A stretch of 64,000 nucleotides of DNA from Chrysomallon squamiferum (taxonomy: Eukaryota; Animalia; Mollusca): positions 11,346,001 through 11,410,000 of the forward strand of contig CM022671.1 in the NCBI GenBank assembly GCA_012295275.1, given 5' to 3'. The notes below the pieces were generated by a model. That model was not told where the DNA came from and did not search any database. It saw only the letters and a list, made by a program, of their open reading frames with translations. This document shows, one piece after another, positions 52,012 through 64,000 of the stretch (its first letter is position 1; every line of letters begins with the position of its first letter). The position numbers and the translations under genes were made by a program.

Positions 52012-52454
52012 ATGCATGTTCTGAGAAGAGATAAAAAGGAAGAAGAAGAAGGTAAGTTTTATATACATAATTTTATAGTTCTGTAATTTTATTTTTTATT
52101 TTTTAACTTTTATTTTTATTTTTTTGTATGAATAACATCTAATAAATATGAGCTAGGTCATATTAATTTTTTAGTACTGAGTGCTTGTCAGTAGCATGGA
52201 CTAATTATTTTTTACAGATCAGAGTATTCAGTATTCTGTATTCACTAAAATTCAGTCTGATCAACTATTGCCATGGCATTAGGCAACTCTGATTCTTGAA
52301 TGACCGAGCACTCACTGAAAATGTCTTCCATCTGTGTAGCTGTTTCTGTGTATATGAAGTGTATTTTTAACCTTTGACATAATATATTCAGTTTATATAT
52401 ATTAATATAAAACAAAAAACCTCCATAAAAACACCACAAAAAAGCCATAAAAAA

Positions 52455-52504
<50 letters not shown>

Positions 52505-55500
52505 CTAATACTGTTAATAGTAATCTGTGATATTTTCATATTATTATTTTTCTACTGTTTTTCAGTTGGTGGAAATCCATTTGGCAACTTGGAGAAAAGT
52601 GCTGTGTTACAAGAGGTATTACTAATTTAAAATACAGATATATACAGAATATTTCAAAATTAACCAGTTAATGTATATAATCAAAATTATTTTTGAGGTA
52701 TAATAAAAATTAATTTTATAGAACATCTGTAAAAAAAAAAAAAAAAAAAAAAAGAATAATAACAATTTTCATTTTTGAATTATTAAAACTTGTTATTACT
52801 GATTAATTTTTTGTTTACAGACTAGGACTTTCAACGAGACGCCTATTAACCCTAGAAAATGTGGACATATTTTGACCAAATTGCTGTATCTGATAAACCA
52901 GGTAAATAGGAGATCACTTTCTTTGAATTCATGCATGTTTATTTGATTTATTTTGTTACACATTTTGTCTTCCCCATTAAACCACTAATTCTCAATGCAT
53001 TTTTAATTTTTATATTGATATTTCTCAGTCAAATTAATTAGTGAAATAACATGTTGCTTACTTCTTTCTTTCTTTTAACTACAAAATATGAGATGACAAA
53101 GCACAATTATGTTTTTATTGATGCTGTCAGAACATTTAAAATTGTATAAAGTGTACAAATTGCCATATTGGACAGGTGGTAAATTGTGAGATTATTAGAA
53201 TTTATTTCTTGTAAAAATAATAAGCAAACATTTGGCCAGACAGATTCAGATTACTTTATGCATTTTTTTGAATCTTGCCTATTAGGCTATTTAAACATTT
53301 TTTAAAAGAGTTTTATTTTTATTTAGGGTGAGTCAGTGGGACCGACAGAAGCAACAGAAGCTTTCTTTGCAATGACCAAACTATTCCAGTCAAAAGATGT
53401 ATGTACCCTGTGTGCTTTTAAATAATGCAAAACCTGAAATAAATAGATTGAAATATTGCATCTAGGTTGACTCAGTAGTGCTAACAGAAAATTGCTGCTT
53501 TTTAAAAGCCTTTAACTTTAAGGATAATTTATTTTGAAATAAATATTTTTTTTGTTTTATGATGTTTCATTAAAAAATTTTTATTTAATTTTAACATTTT
53601 TATTTCTTATTATGAAAGCACTGACAATTAATTAGAAATAGATTACATTTGAACTTTTATGTTTTAATGATGTTCTGTCTGTAATTACTTTGTATTTACA
53701 TACTTATAATTTTAACCAAAAAAAATATTCTTTTGCAGACAACACTAAGGAGACTTATGTATCTTGGAATCAAAGAGATGTCAAAAATAGCTGAGGATGT
53801 TATCATTGTTACCAGCAGGTATATATCATTGTTCGAATCCTTTTAGTAACATGATCAGTGAAATAAATCTTTAACATTCAACATTCATAAAATTTAAATT
53901 AATTGATTTTCTAGTTTGATTAATGTTTAACAAGTGAACATGGTTTTACAATACAGTTACCTGACTTACTTTAAAGAGGATGTTACTAACTTTGCATTGG
54001 CAATGATTTTTGTGCTAGTTTACAAGTGTATTTTTACATACATGCATAAGTCTAAACTCTTAGTTAGAAATTGGTGCCTTATAACTAAAGTCTTATTTTT
54101 ATATTACTAACAAAAATGTTTTCAGTTTGATGAAGGACATGACAGGAAAAGAGGACCAGTTCCGAGGACCAGCAATTCGAGCTCTCTGTTCAATCACAGA
54201 TGTAAGTTCACTCTTACATTTACTAACTTTATTCAGATATGTCAGTCATTATTACTATTATTACTAAAAAAAAGATATATAGAGATACATATAGCGATAG
54301 AGATATATTATATGATATATAAATGTAATCACATATGTACATACATACACATACATATATGGTTAAATCTATTAAAGAATCCCTATTATGTTGAAGAAAA
54401 AAAAAAAAATTGTGTATTTTAAACATAACTAAAAGAAAAAGAAAACTTTTGTAGAGTTTGTCATAGCTGTGCTTATTACTTTCACCAAATCAGTGTGTAT
54501 TTTGGTAACTGCATTTAGGAATAGTCTGTACTACTGAATGTTGTTTTTCTCTTAGTTTTCTTTTTTTTTTTTTTTTTATTATTTATTTTTTTTTTTTTTT
54601 TTTAAAATTTTCTATATTTATTATTCTTACTTTTTTTTTTTCCATTGATAATTAAAGATGAGACATTTTTGTTGATTCTTAAAAAGTCATTCATGCATTA
54701 AAATTGTTACTGTGGAATATTCATTAACATTGTTATTACAGATTTAAAACATTTTTATTATCAATTTTTATTATATTTAATGGTTTTTAAAATTGTTTTG
54801 TAGACTTCAATGCTGCAAAATATTGAGCGGTACATGAAACAAGCCATTGTTGACAAAGTGCCAGCTGTGTCCAGTGCAGCTTTGGTTTCATCTCTAGTAA
54901 GTAAAAAACAACATTTAATTACAACAGACAAATATTGTTCTGTGTGTTAGTTACTTTAATTGACTGGAGCTAAGTCCACAAGACAGAAGCCGCTCCAGAT
55001 GAGCCTAGTAAGGGATGGGTTATTTGAAAACAGGGGATTTAGTTCATTTACAAATAAAAGGCAGTTAACTTAGAAATTAAAACAATAGGAAAACATAATC
55101 AAAAAAGAAAAGAAAAATATTTACTTATTTGATTACATACAGTAATCAGAACTACTAATGAATGTTTAGCAGGTTGAAAGCATTTGATGTCTGTCATTCA
55201 AACTGCTTTACAAAATAACTTTTTATTTATATTTGAAAAAGGTATTGTCAGTTTTAATCAAATCTTTAACATTGGGTTTTCTTCTTTTTTTATTTTTCTT
55301 TAGTTATGTATTTGCTTTTCATCCTTGAATACAACTCAAAACTTATTTTATTATCCAGCATTTAGGTAAGGGTGGTCATGACATCACAAAACGCTGGGTC
55401 AATGAAGCACAGGAAGCTGTTAACAGTGATAATGTTATGGTTCAGGTGTGTAACTTTTGTATTATTTTTCTGTGTGTTAGTGAAAGAGAAATTTATAATT

Positions 55501-58500
55501 ATATACTTGTATATATATATATATATATATATATATTATCTTTAAGGTCATTCCATGTCAAATCACCGAATGGGTTAAACCCAACCGTCTCAGATTTTTA
55601 TGAAACTTGGTATACTTGTTGATTGGGATCCCACAGCACCAAATCCAAAATAAGTTTAGGCCAATTGGACCAGTGGTTTGGGAGATAAGGCCCACCAAAT
55701 TTTGAGATTTTCGTCCAAAATGGGTGTGACCACCAACCTTTCAGTTTAGAGAATGTTGGGGTACACTGACCTTTTTACCTTTATTATTACCTTGAAATTG
55801 ACCTTGTGGATTATGTGACCTTGAGATAATCTTTCTTGAAATTTAATCTCCCACATGTTAACTAAAACATAAAAATTTCAGAGGTGTAATATGTTTTGTT
55901 TAGCCACAATATTGATTTAAAAAATACATACCTGCACGGATGATTGATATAATGCATTACAATGTACATGTATAGACACTTCTCTGAGACCAAAAACTCA
56001 TCTTTGGAGTCAAAATCCACCTGTTATGTCTGAAGGAATGCTTGAAGGATATGAAAAGATGCCAAATGGCATAACATGTTCTACACAGTTAGGCCCAAAG
56101 GGTTAACAGTATGTGTAGCTTGAGGCATGTCAGGAACTCCTTGAAATCCCCTGGTGAAATCTGGTGAAATCCCCATTGAGCACATGGCAATTATATTATT
56201 ATTATAACTCTCTCTAGACTACTACTACCACCACCACTTCTGTCATCACCAGTACTTCTACCATTACTACTGTTACTAATGTTGCTATTACTTCTTTTAT
56301 TATTAGAAAACTACTACTGTCACCATCATCGCCACTACTGGTACTTTTATTATCACAAATACTGTTACTACATCTACTACTACTAGGATCACCATTATAT
56401 CAACAACTACTACAATAGCTATTTCTTATTTTGCTACTTATCAACAAGTATACCAAGTTTCATAAAAATCTGAGATGGTCGTGTTTAAAATTTTATTTTT
56501 TGGGGGGTGGTATTTGACATGGAATGACCCTTTATCATTAAGTGTATTTTTAACAGTGTTTCAAATTAAGGTTATTTCCAACAGATTTATAGATCTCTGT
56601 TTGATGCTAATGAAATAACAATTTCTGTACACAAATTGCTTCTGTTGCTTTATTTAATTATTTTTAATAATCTTTTTTAATTTTGATTTCTTCTGTAACA
56701 GTACCATGCACTGGGACTGTTATATCACATCCGGAAGAATGATAAGCTAGCAGTGACAAAATTGGTCAGCAAATTCAGCAAGCATACCTTGAAGTCCCCA
56801 TATGCTTACTGTTTGCTGGTAAATATATTTTTGTTTTTATTAAATAGCAATCATTTCTATGAATTTGCAGATTCTTAATCTCAGTTAATTCAAAATAACT
56901 TGCACCTTGTTAATTTATTAAAATATATTGAAGGTTTTTAACTCATTTTTATTGAATGTTCTGAACTCTTAATATTGTCTCTTAAAACAAATGTAAATTA
57001 GTCATGGTATCAGGTAGAATCTCTCTTTAAATTAAAATATTTTGTTGGTATTTTCAGATCAGGATTGCCAGCAAGCTTATAGAAGAAGAAGATGCTGGGT
57101 TTGTAGAAATTTTTTTTATTATGTTAATAAACAAGGAAGTACTTATTTTTAAGTAAATGTGAAGATTAATTGTAATTAATAAAATGATGATTTTAAAAAA
57201 AAAAATTTAAAGGGTTAATGAACATGCTAACTTCATGTACCATAAAAATTCTGAAACAGTATCTCCATTTTTAAGACATTCCTGTATTTTAAGTTACTAA
57301 TCACAGTTCTGTCATCTAAAAGGTTCCAAGAATTTTAACACGTAAATTAGGAGATAAAGAACCTGCTGCATACAACTAGTGCGAACTTTTAAGCATTCAG
57401 TGTTCTTGCCATTGAGATATAAAAACAATTCACATTCATTGTAAAAAGCTGACATCCATCTTTTAATGACACATCAAACTTGAAGTAAGCTAAAACCCTA
57501 CAATTAACAGCATTTCTGACCTATTTTGTGGTGATGTGTAATGTAATATGCTATATACAAGTCTAATATTATTACCTATTGGCTGACCATGTTTTTATGT
57601 TTGGATACTAATGAGAGGAGGGTGGTTTTTTATTTTTTCTGCACTAGCTCCTGACCCAAATTTATAAATAATATTTAAAAGTGACATGCTTAATATATTC
57701 TTCTGCCTTTATTTTCCTTTGGAAAAACTGAAATTAATTTAAAAAATAAAAAAAATAAAAGGCATATTGATTTTGAATTTCTGTTTTTGTTTGTAGGTCA
57801 GAGAGTCCTATGTTTGATTTCATAGAAAGCTGTCTACGTCACAAAGTCGAGATGGTTATCTATGAAGCAGCTCATGCTATTGTGAACATGAAGAACACCA
57901 CTGCCAAAGACCTGGCTCCAGCCGTCTCAGTTCTCCAACTTTTCTGTAGCTCTCCAAAACCTACTCTGAGATTTGCAGCTGTCCGAACACTTAACAAGGT
58001 ACTTTTAAATCTTCGTTTTTCATTGCTAGTCCTCTGTTATACTGCGAAGGATTAAATGAATAAACAAAACATAATTGCTGAATAATTCTGTGTTAAAATA
58101 TAATATAACTAACAGTCTGTTATTTATCTGTTCACGGCTTTCAAGTTTATGGAGTTTATTCATTTTTCATTGTGTTGCAAGAAATGCAATATAGCTGAAT
58201 GTTCTATTCTTTAGGTATTTTATTAAAAGTAGCAATATATTTCTGAAATATTTTATTCTTTGTAGTAATATCAATTTCTTTAATCAATTAATTTGTAAAA
58301 TTATTTGTTCACTAATAATTTCATTGTTTTGCTTTTTCCATTATGAAACTTTAAAAAAGCAGCCCTAATGTTTTGGAGTTTAAAAGTGTTTAATTCTTTT
58401 TAATAATTAATTTAAACTCTTTTTCAGGTTGCAATGAAGCATCCAGCTGCTGTGACTGCATGTAACCTTGACCTTGAAAACCTGATCACTGATGTTAACC

Positions 58501-61500
58501 GTAGCATTGCCACCCTGGCAATCACCACTCTGCTGAAGACTGGCAATGAGAGCAGTGTGGACAGGCTGATGAAGCAGATATCTTCCTTCATGTCAGAAAT
58601 CTCAGACGAGTTCAAAATTGTTGTTGTGCAGGCAATCAGGTTAACTAACTTCTGTTGTGTACATAATCTCATAAACCATCAGAGCCTCAAGTCTTACAAG
58701 ACCCTGCCCTGACTTCATTTTATATATAGCTCTGTTTAAGTCCTTTGTTTAAACCTAGTTTTAATGTAAAGCTGTTTGTAAATAAACCCTAGTTTGTTAA
58801 AATAATTTTCCTTAATATTTATGATTTAAAAACTTTTGTAATTTTTCTCTTTTTATTTTCTTTTTGTAGATCATTGTGTGCTAAATTTCCACGAAAACAC
58901 AGTGTGCTTATGAATTTCCTGTCATCAATGCTCCGAGAAGAGGTATGTCAACCCTTATTTTACAGTAACCTCTCAAGATTTAAAACTGTCCGTGTATAAA
59001 TACTTAATCCAAATTTGGAAATAGGAAAATATTGATTACTATTTTCTTTTAAATTAAATGTGAATATTAACAGAGACTTCCTGCGATTAAATAAATCTAA
59101 ATATGTGTTCTGACATCACTACATTTTTGTTTTAGGGTGGCTTCGACTACAAACGTGCTATTGTGGATTGTATAATAACCATCATTGAAGAAAATCCAGA
59201 AGCAAAAGAAGCAGGTATGTCATTTATTACCTTTGGAGTTCGGGTGATATTTTTGTAATAAACATTTCATATAGTGTAAGTGATGTTGTTTTAACACATA
59301 AAATACAATCTTTAATGTTATAATTTACCCAGTATGTTTATTTCAGGACTTGCCCACTTGTGTGAGTTCATTGAGGACTGTGAACACACAGTGTTAGCCA
59401 CACGGATTCTTCATCTGCTTGGTCGTGAAGGACCACGCACTCCAGCCCCGTCAAAGTATATTCGATTCATCTACAACAGAGTTATTCTGGAAAATGCTGC
59501 TGTTCGAGCAGGTTGGTGTTGTAGGCTCTCTTTTAATCAATCCTCTTAAGTTATTTCAATATGTTAGTAAACTAAAGAAAAAGAAATATCATGTATTTAA
59601 GAATTAAGAAACTATTTGGTAATCTATATCATTCAAGAATATTATCTGGATTATTAACCTTATAGATGGTTAAAATTGTTTTTCAAACACTTAAAATGAA
59701 AGAAACAAGTAAGTGGAAATGAAGGAAATATTGTGGTCAGATCAGGTTAACTACATTCATTATTAGATCTGTAGAAATATCAGCCATTATAATATTGGTT
59801 AATTATCTGGGTTTTTTCTAAATACTGCCTTGATTGCTACAGAGGTAGGATATCTGTGTGTAAATAATCTGAAATTAATATTGTTATTGTTTGTTTCAAA
59901 CATCAGCTGCTGTTAGTGCACTGGCCAAGTTTGGAGCTCACTGTGAGGAACTGTTAGCAAGCTGCATTGTTCTGCTGGAGAGGCAAGTTCTCTTTGTTTT
60001 ATATTTGTATCACTACCGACACTGACTTTCAGAATAGACTGGCACTCTATTCTTTCAGTTACATTTAATATGTTTTCTCTTTCCACTCTGTTTTCTAAGA
60101 ATTTGATGTGTGACAATCCCAGATGTATAAAAAAATGTCCTGTGAGATTTAATCATTACAAATGAGTCAAGGTGTCACTAAACACACATTATCACGTTAT
60201 TGTTAATAGTTGTTTGTTTTGTATATAATTAATTTGGGATTTAAAGGTGTCAGCTGGATACTGATGATGAAGTACGTGACCGAGCAACTTTCTATGTTAA
60301 GATTCTTCAGCAACACCAGAAGGCTCTGAATTCTGCTTACATACTCAACAGTAAGTATAATAGGTGTGCACTTGGTTGTGTATGTTGTCTGTGCATGTGT
60401 GTGTGAAATAATTTTATTGTTTGTAAATATCCTTTGTAGTTTGTGAAAGGAAGACAGAGAAAGATAACTTGTTACATATTTAACATTATTATACAAATGT
60501 TCCTTCTTGTTAGCGTCATTATTGACAGATTACATAGTACATTCTCATAGTATTATTTTACTCAATAGGTTTCATTTATTTCTCCATTATTTTACATTTT
60601 CTTAAAACATATCAGTATAAACTATGTTTACATGTCTGTGGTTGTTTATCTGTGCAGCTCTGCAGGTGTCTGTTGTTGGACTGGAGCGAGCTCTGTATCA
60701 GTACACACTGGAACCAAACGACAGTCCGTTTGACATGAAGTCTGTGCCAATAGAAACTCAAGCTGAGCAACGCACAGGTACAGTTTATAACATTTTAACC
60801 TTATTATGTAAGAGAAATTGTATTAACCTGAAATTTCTCCACAGATTTCTGTCAAAAAATTGAACCAGTTGTGTAATTTTACCATATTCTAAAGTGACAG
60901 TAAAATGAATGTAATAAGTAATTTCATTTACATGGAACATTTTGTATTAAAAACGTTTTTAACCATCAATCCCTAATAATGCCATTGGGTCATTCTGTGT
61001 CAAATCACCCAATGGGTTAAACCAAACTGTCTCAGATTTTTATGAAACTTGGTATACTTGTTGACTGGGATCCCACAGCACCAAATCTGAAATAATTTTA
61101 GGCCAGTCAGACCAGTGGTTTGGGAGACATGGCCCCCCAAATCATCATACTGTTACAGAAGAAATCAAAATTAAAAAAAATTATCAAAAATAATTAAACA
61201 AACAAGAAAAGCATATATATATATATAAATTTCAAGAAAGGTCATCTCAAGGTTACATGATCCGCAAAGTCAATTTCAAGGTCCTAACAAAGGTCAAAAG
61301 GTCAGTGTACCCCAAATAATGGCATATTGCCTTTTCAGCAATACCAATTTTATGAAGATTGGCTCATTAGTTCCTGAGATATGAGGGTCAAAGGTTGGTG
61401 GTCATGCCCATCTTGGCCAAAAATCTCAAAATTTAGTGGGCCTTATCTCCCAAACTACTGGTCCTATTGGCCTAAAATTTCAGATCAACAAGTGTACCAA

Positions 61501-64000
61501 GTTTAATAAAAATCTGAGATGGTTGGGTTTCAAATTTTTTTTGGGGGGGGGGGGGTGATTGACATGGAATTTACCCCATATCAAAAATTAATCATAATAC
61601 ATTTATCAGCTAAAATGGACAAGTAGGAAATATCCATAGTTGATTTATTTTTTAAAAATATATTTAAAAAAAAAAAAATTAATAATAATAAAAGTAATTT
61701 TAAAAAAAAGAAGAAAAGAAAAGGAAATCTTAAATGTGATTTAAAAAGATAAGTTAGTTTGCAAATTGCTTTAATTTTGCAACATAAATATTAAAATAAA
61801 TTTTGTTTTCAGAATTTAATTAATTTCTTTATTGGTCACAGGTCGGGAAGGAGGTGAGATTGCTGCTGTTAAACCTGTTGAAAAGGTGCTTGCATCTCGA
61901 CAGGATGTCTTTGCTGGTAAATATACCATTTTCTTAAATGTATGTGTGAAAGTTTAATACACTGCTTAATGTTACTAGATTCACAATAAAAACAAATGTT
62001 TCTTTTTTATTTGTCTTTTAAATTTTATAACAGTATGACAATATTGACATATTTACTGTGGTATTTTCAAATGTTAATTACAATCTATGTAAAACACTTA
62101 TTCAAATATGAACGTGTTCTTTTTCAGTGCATATATTCTTTTTTAATGGCTGTTTTATTCAGAAATCAATTTATTGTCATATACATTTTGCCCAAGATGT
62201 GTTTTCTTTTTGTTTTCACTTATTTATGTGAGATTCATGGCTTATCATAATCAAAACTTTTCTGAATGCTGTATGAAAAGTGGGTATACCATTTGTACTT
62301 AGTGAAATATTGTTTTCAGAACAACTTGCTGCAGTACCAGAGTTGGCAAACCTTGGACCACTGTTCAAGTCCTCTCAGCCTGTTGAACTGACAGAATCTG
62401 AAACAGAGTATGTTGTCAGATGTGTGAAACACACATTCAGTGGGTACATGGTGTTCCAGGTGGGTTTAACATTCAAACTGGGTGTAAGATGGAATATGTT
62501 ATTAAATGTGTGATACAGTTTCCAGGGATTATTATATAGCATCAAACATTTCTTTTGTATGTGTGGTAGTACTGTTTCATCATTATATAGTTTATTAAAA
62601 CATTTTTAAAATGATAAAATTGTTAATATTAGGCAATTGCAGTTATACTGAATAATTTACAGAAATCTGAATAATAAATTTGATCTAACGTATCCTGTTT
62701 TGGGTATATTATCAATCTGTAATTCTGTTAATAAATCATAATGAGACTAGGAAAATACCTGTCTTCAAGCAGATCAAAATACGTTCTGCATTTTCACTTT
62801 TCCATTGTATTAGCAATTTCTTTTTTTTTAAATGGTTCTAAGTTGATTTGATAAATGGTTTATCTGTCCAGTTTGACTGCACTAACACTCTGAATGACCA
62901 AGTACTGGACAATGTTACTGTGCACATGGAACCATCTGAAGGCTTTGATGTTCTGAAGTACATTCCATGTCCTAGTCTACCATTTAACAAACTGGGTACC
63001 ACATACACTCTCGTCCACCTGCCAGCTGAGCCCACTTCAGGTTTGAGTTAACATATTAGTTTCAAACAGAACAGTCTTTCTTTTAAATATGAAATTATAT
63101 TCAATGTTAAGGTTTTAATAAAAATAATATATTCATTTTTTTTTGTCGAATACAGAAATCAGAATTATGGAATATTAACTGCGAGAACATAGCTATTGTT
63201 TTAATCCTGTAATGTTGATAAATCAAAACTGAATTACAGTTTTATCTGCTGAAACTAAAATTTGGAGTTTAAAATATTTTAACATTTGAATTGATATTAC
63301 ATATATTATAATTTTTTTAAACATACATATATTTAAATCTGAATGTTAAATTAACTTCAGTTGAAGATAGTGATTGATAAATGAATTTTATTTTATTTTA
63401 TTTATTTTTTTTATAGTGACAGGGACATTTAGTTGTTCACTCAAGTTTATTGTGAAAGATTGTGACCCAAACACAGGAGAACCTGACGAAGATGGCTATG
63501 ATGACGAATATGTGGTATGAGTTAATCCTATTTTCAGAAGTATCTTTATGTGATCTAGTATATATTTTTATATGAAGTTCTTAATCTGTTTTATAATCAC
63601 TATAAGGATATAAGTGTCATTAGCCTATTTTGGCTGATGAGACACATAATACATATTAGTACATAAAATGAAAACGGAGAAATACTTACACTTGTATAAA
63701 ACAGTGATATTGGAGTGTGAATTATTTATTGACAATGTAGATTAAAAAAATAACAGCTTAACAATCTTAATGATTCATCTTAGATTTATAATTAGTAAGT
63801 TTCTTAGCATTTTAATTTTATACTGAAGTGATGTTCTACCATATTAATTAATGTGTTTTTAGCTTGAAGATGTTGATGTAGCAGTTGCTGACCATGTTCA
63901 GCGGGTTATCAAGCCTAACTTTGCAGCTTCCTGGGAAGAGGTTGGGCCAGACAATGAACTTGAGGACACATACGTTTTGTCAACAATGAATTCACTAGAA
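52012..64000 (+). CDS. COPG: Coatomer subunit gamma (COPI gamma-COP; invertebrate orthologue of COPG1/COPG2), 3' partial
   Basis: Exons are 52012-52051, 52566-52615, 52821-52901, 53327-53398, 53739-53818, 54126-54201, 54804-54896, 55359-55445, 56702-56818, 57058-57098, 57797-57998, 58428-58639, 58870-58942, 59136-59214, 59347-59511, 59907-59982, 60247-60350, 60658-60777, 61842-61916, 62320-62459, 62872-63040, 63417-63514 and 63863->64000. Peptides include [81 protein letters not shown] and [10 protein letters not shown]. Confidence 0.97.
55545..56530. mobile_element. Non-autonomous TIR DNA transposon, Sola2-like, in COPG intron 8
   Basis: TIRs AGGTCATTCCATGTCAAAT and ATTTGACATGGAATGACCC, plus an inner inverted block TCTCAGATTTTTATGAAACTTGGTATACTTGTTGAT. 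Perfect 4-bp TSD TTTA (55541-55544, 56531-56534). A 4-bp TSD with GRG..CYC ends is characteristic of Sola2. Confidence 0.8.
59983..60246 (+). other. Non-canonical GC-AG intron of COPG
   Basis: Donor GAG|GCAAGT. Joining to 60247 restores the conserved ...[18 protein letters not shown]. Confidence 0.88.
60987..61576. mobile_element. Second copy of the Sola2-like non-autonomous element, COPG intron 18
   Basis: GGGTCATTCTGTGTCAAATCACCCAATGGGTTAAACC...TTGACATGGAATTTACCC with flanks CATT/CATA (4-bp TSD with one mismatch). The first ~150 nt are closely similar to 55545-55700. Confidence 0.8.

Noticed and set aside
53327-55372. Donor-like motifs inside COPG exons (G|GTGAGT at the start of exon 4, AG|GTAAGG in exon 8)
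   Set aside because: Use would shift the frame of an essential gene, and the motifs are explained by Gly-Glu-Ser and Leu-Gly-Lys codons.

Overview
AT-rich, intron-containing animal genomic DNA; the SINE and repeat content suggests a mollusc (inference). There are four protein-coding genes arranged as two head-to-head pairs. The left pair is an intronless SPMIP1/ATP6V1FNB-family ciliary gene (-, 2629-3183) and a 9-exon FBXL5 iron/oxygen sensor (+, 3375-8851, 622 aa). The right pair is an intronless DYRK2 (-, 48563-50242) and coatomer gamma COPG (+, from 52012, 23 exons seen, running off the window, one GC-AG intron). Each divergent promoter carries an RFX X-box or X-box-like motif. About 40 kb between the pairs has no credible long ORF. 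Its left ~18 kb (to ~26.8 kb) is as CpG-depleted as the gene bodies and contains strong orphan splice signals, which suggests an unannotated transcription unit. Its right ~16 kb keeps CpG and contains promoter/enhancer-like islands, GA/CT arrays, a 19-bp minisatellite and an internally deleted Mutator (MULE) element with a perfect 9-bp TSD. Two Sola2-like non-autonomous elements lie in COPG introns. The most testable oddities are the hidden transcription unit, a re-splicing-competent F-box exon in FBXL5, and an overlapping uORF on DYRK2. Most other short ORFs in the supplied track are low-complexity noise.
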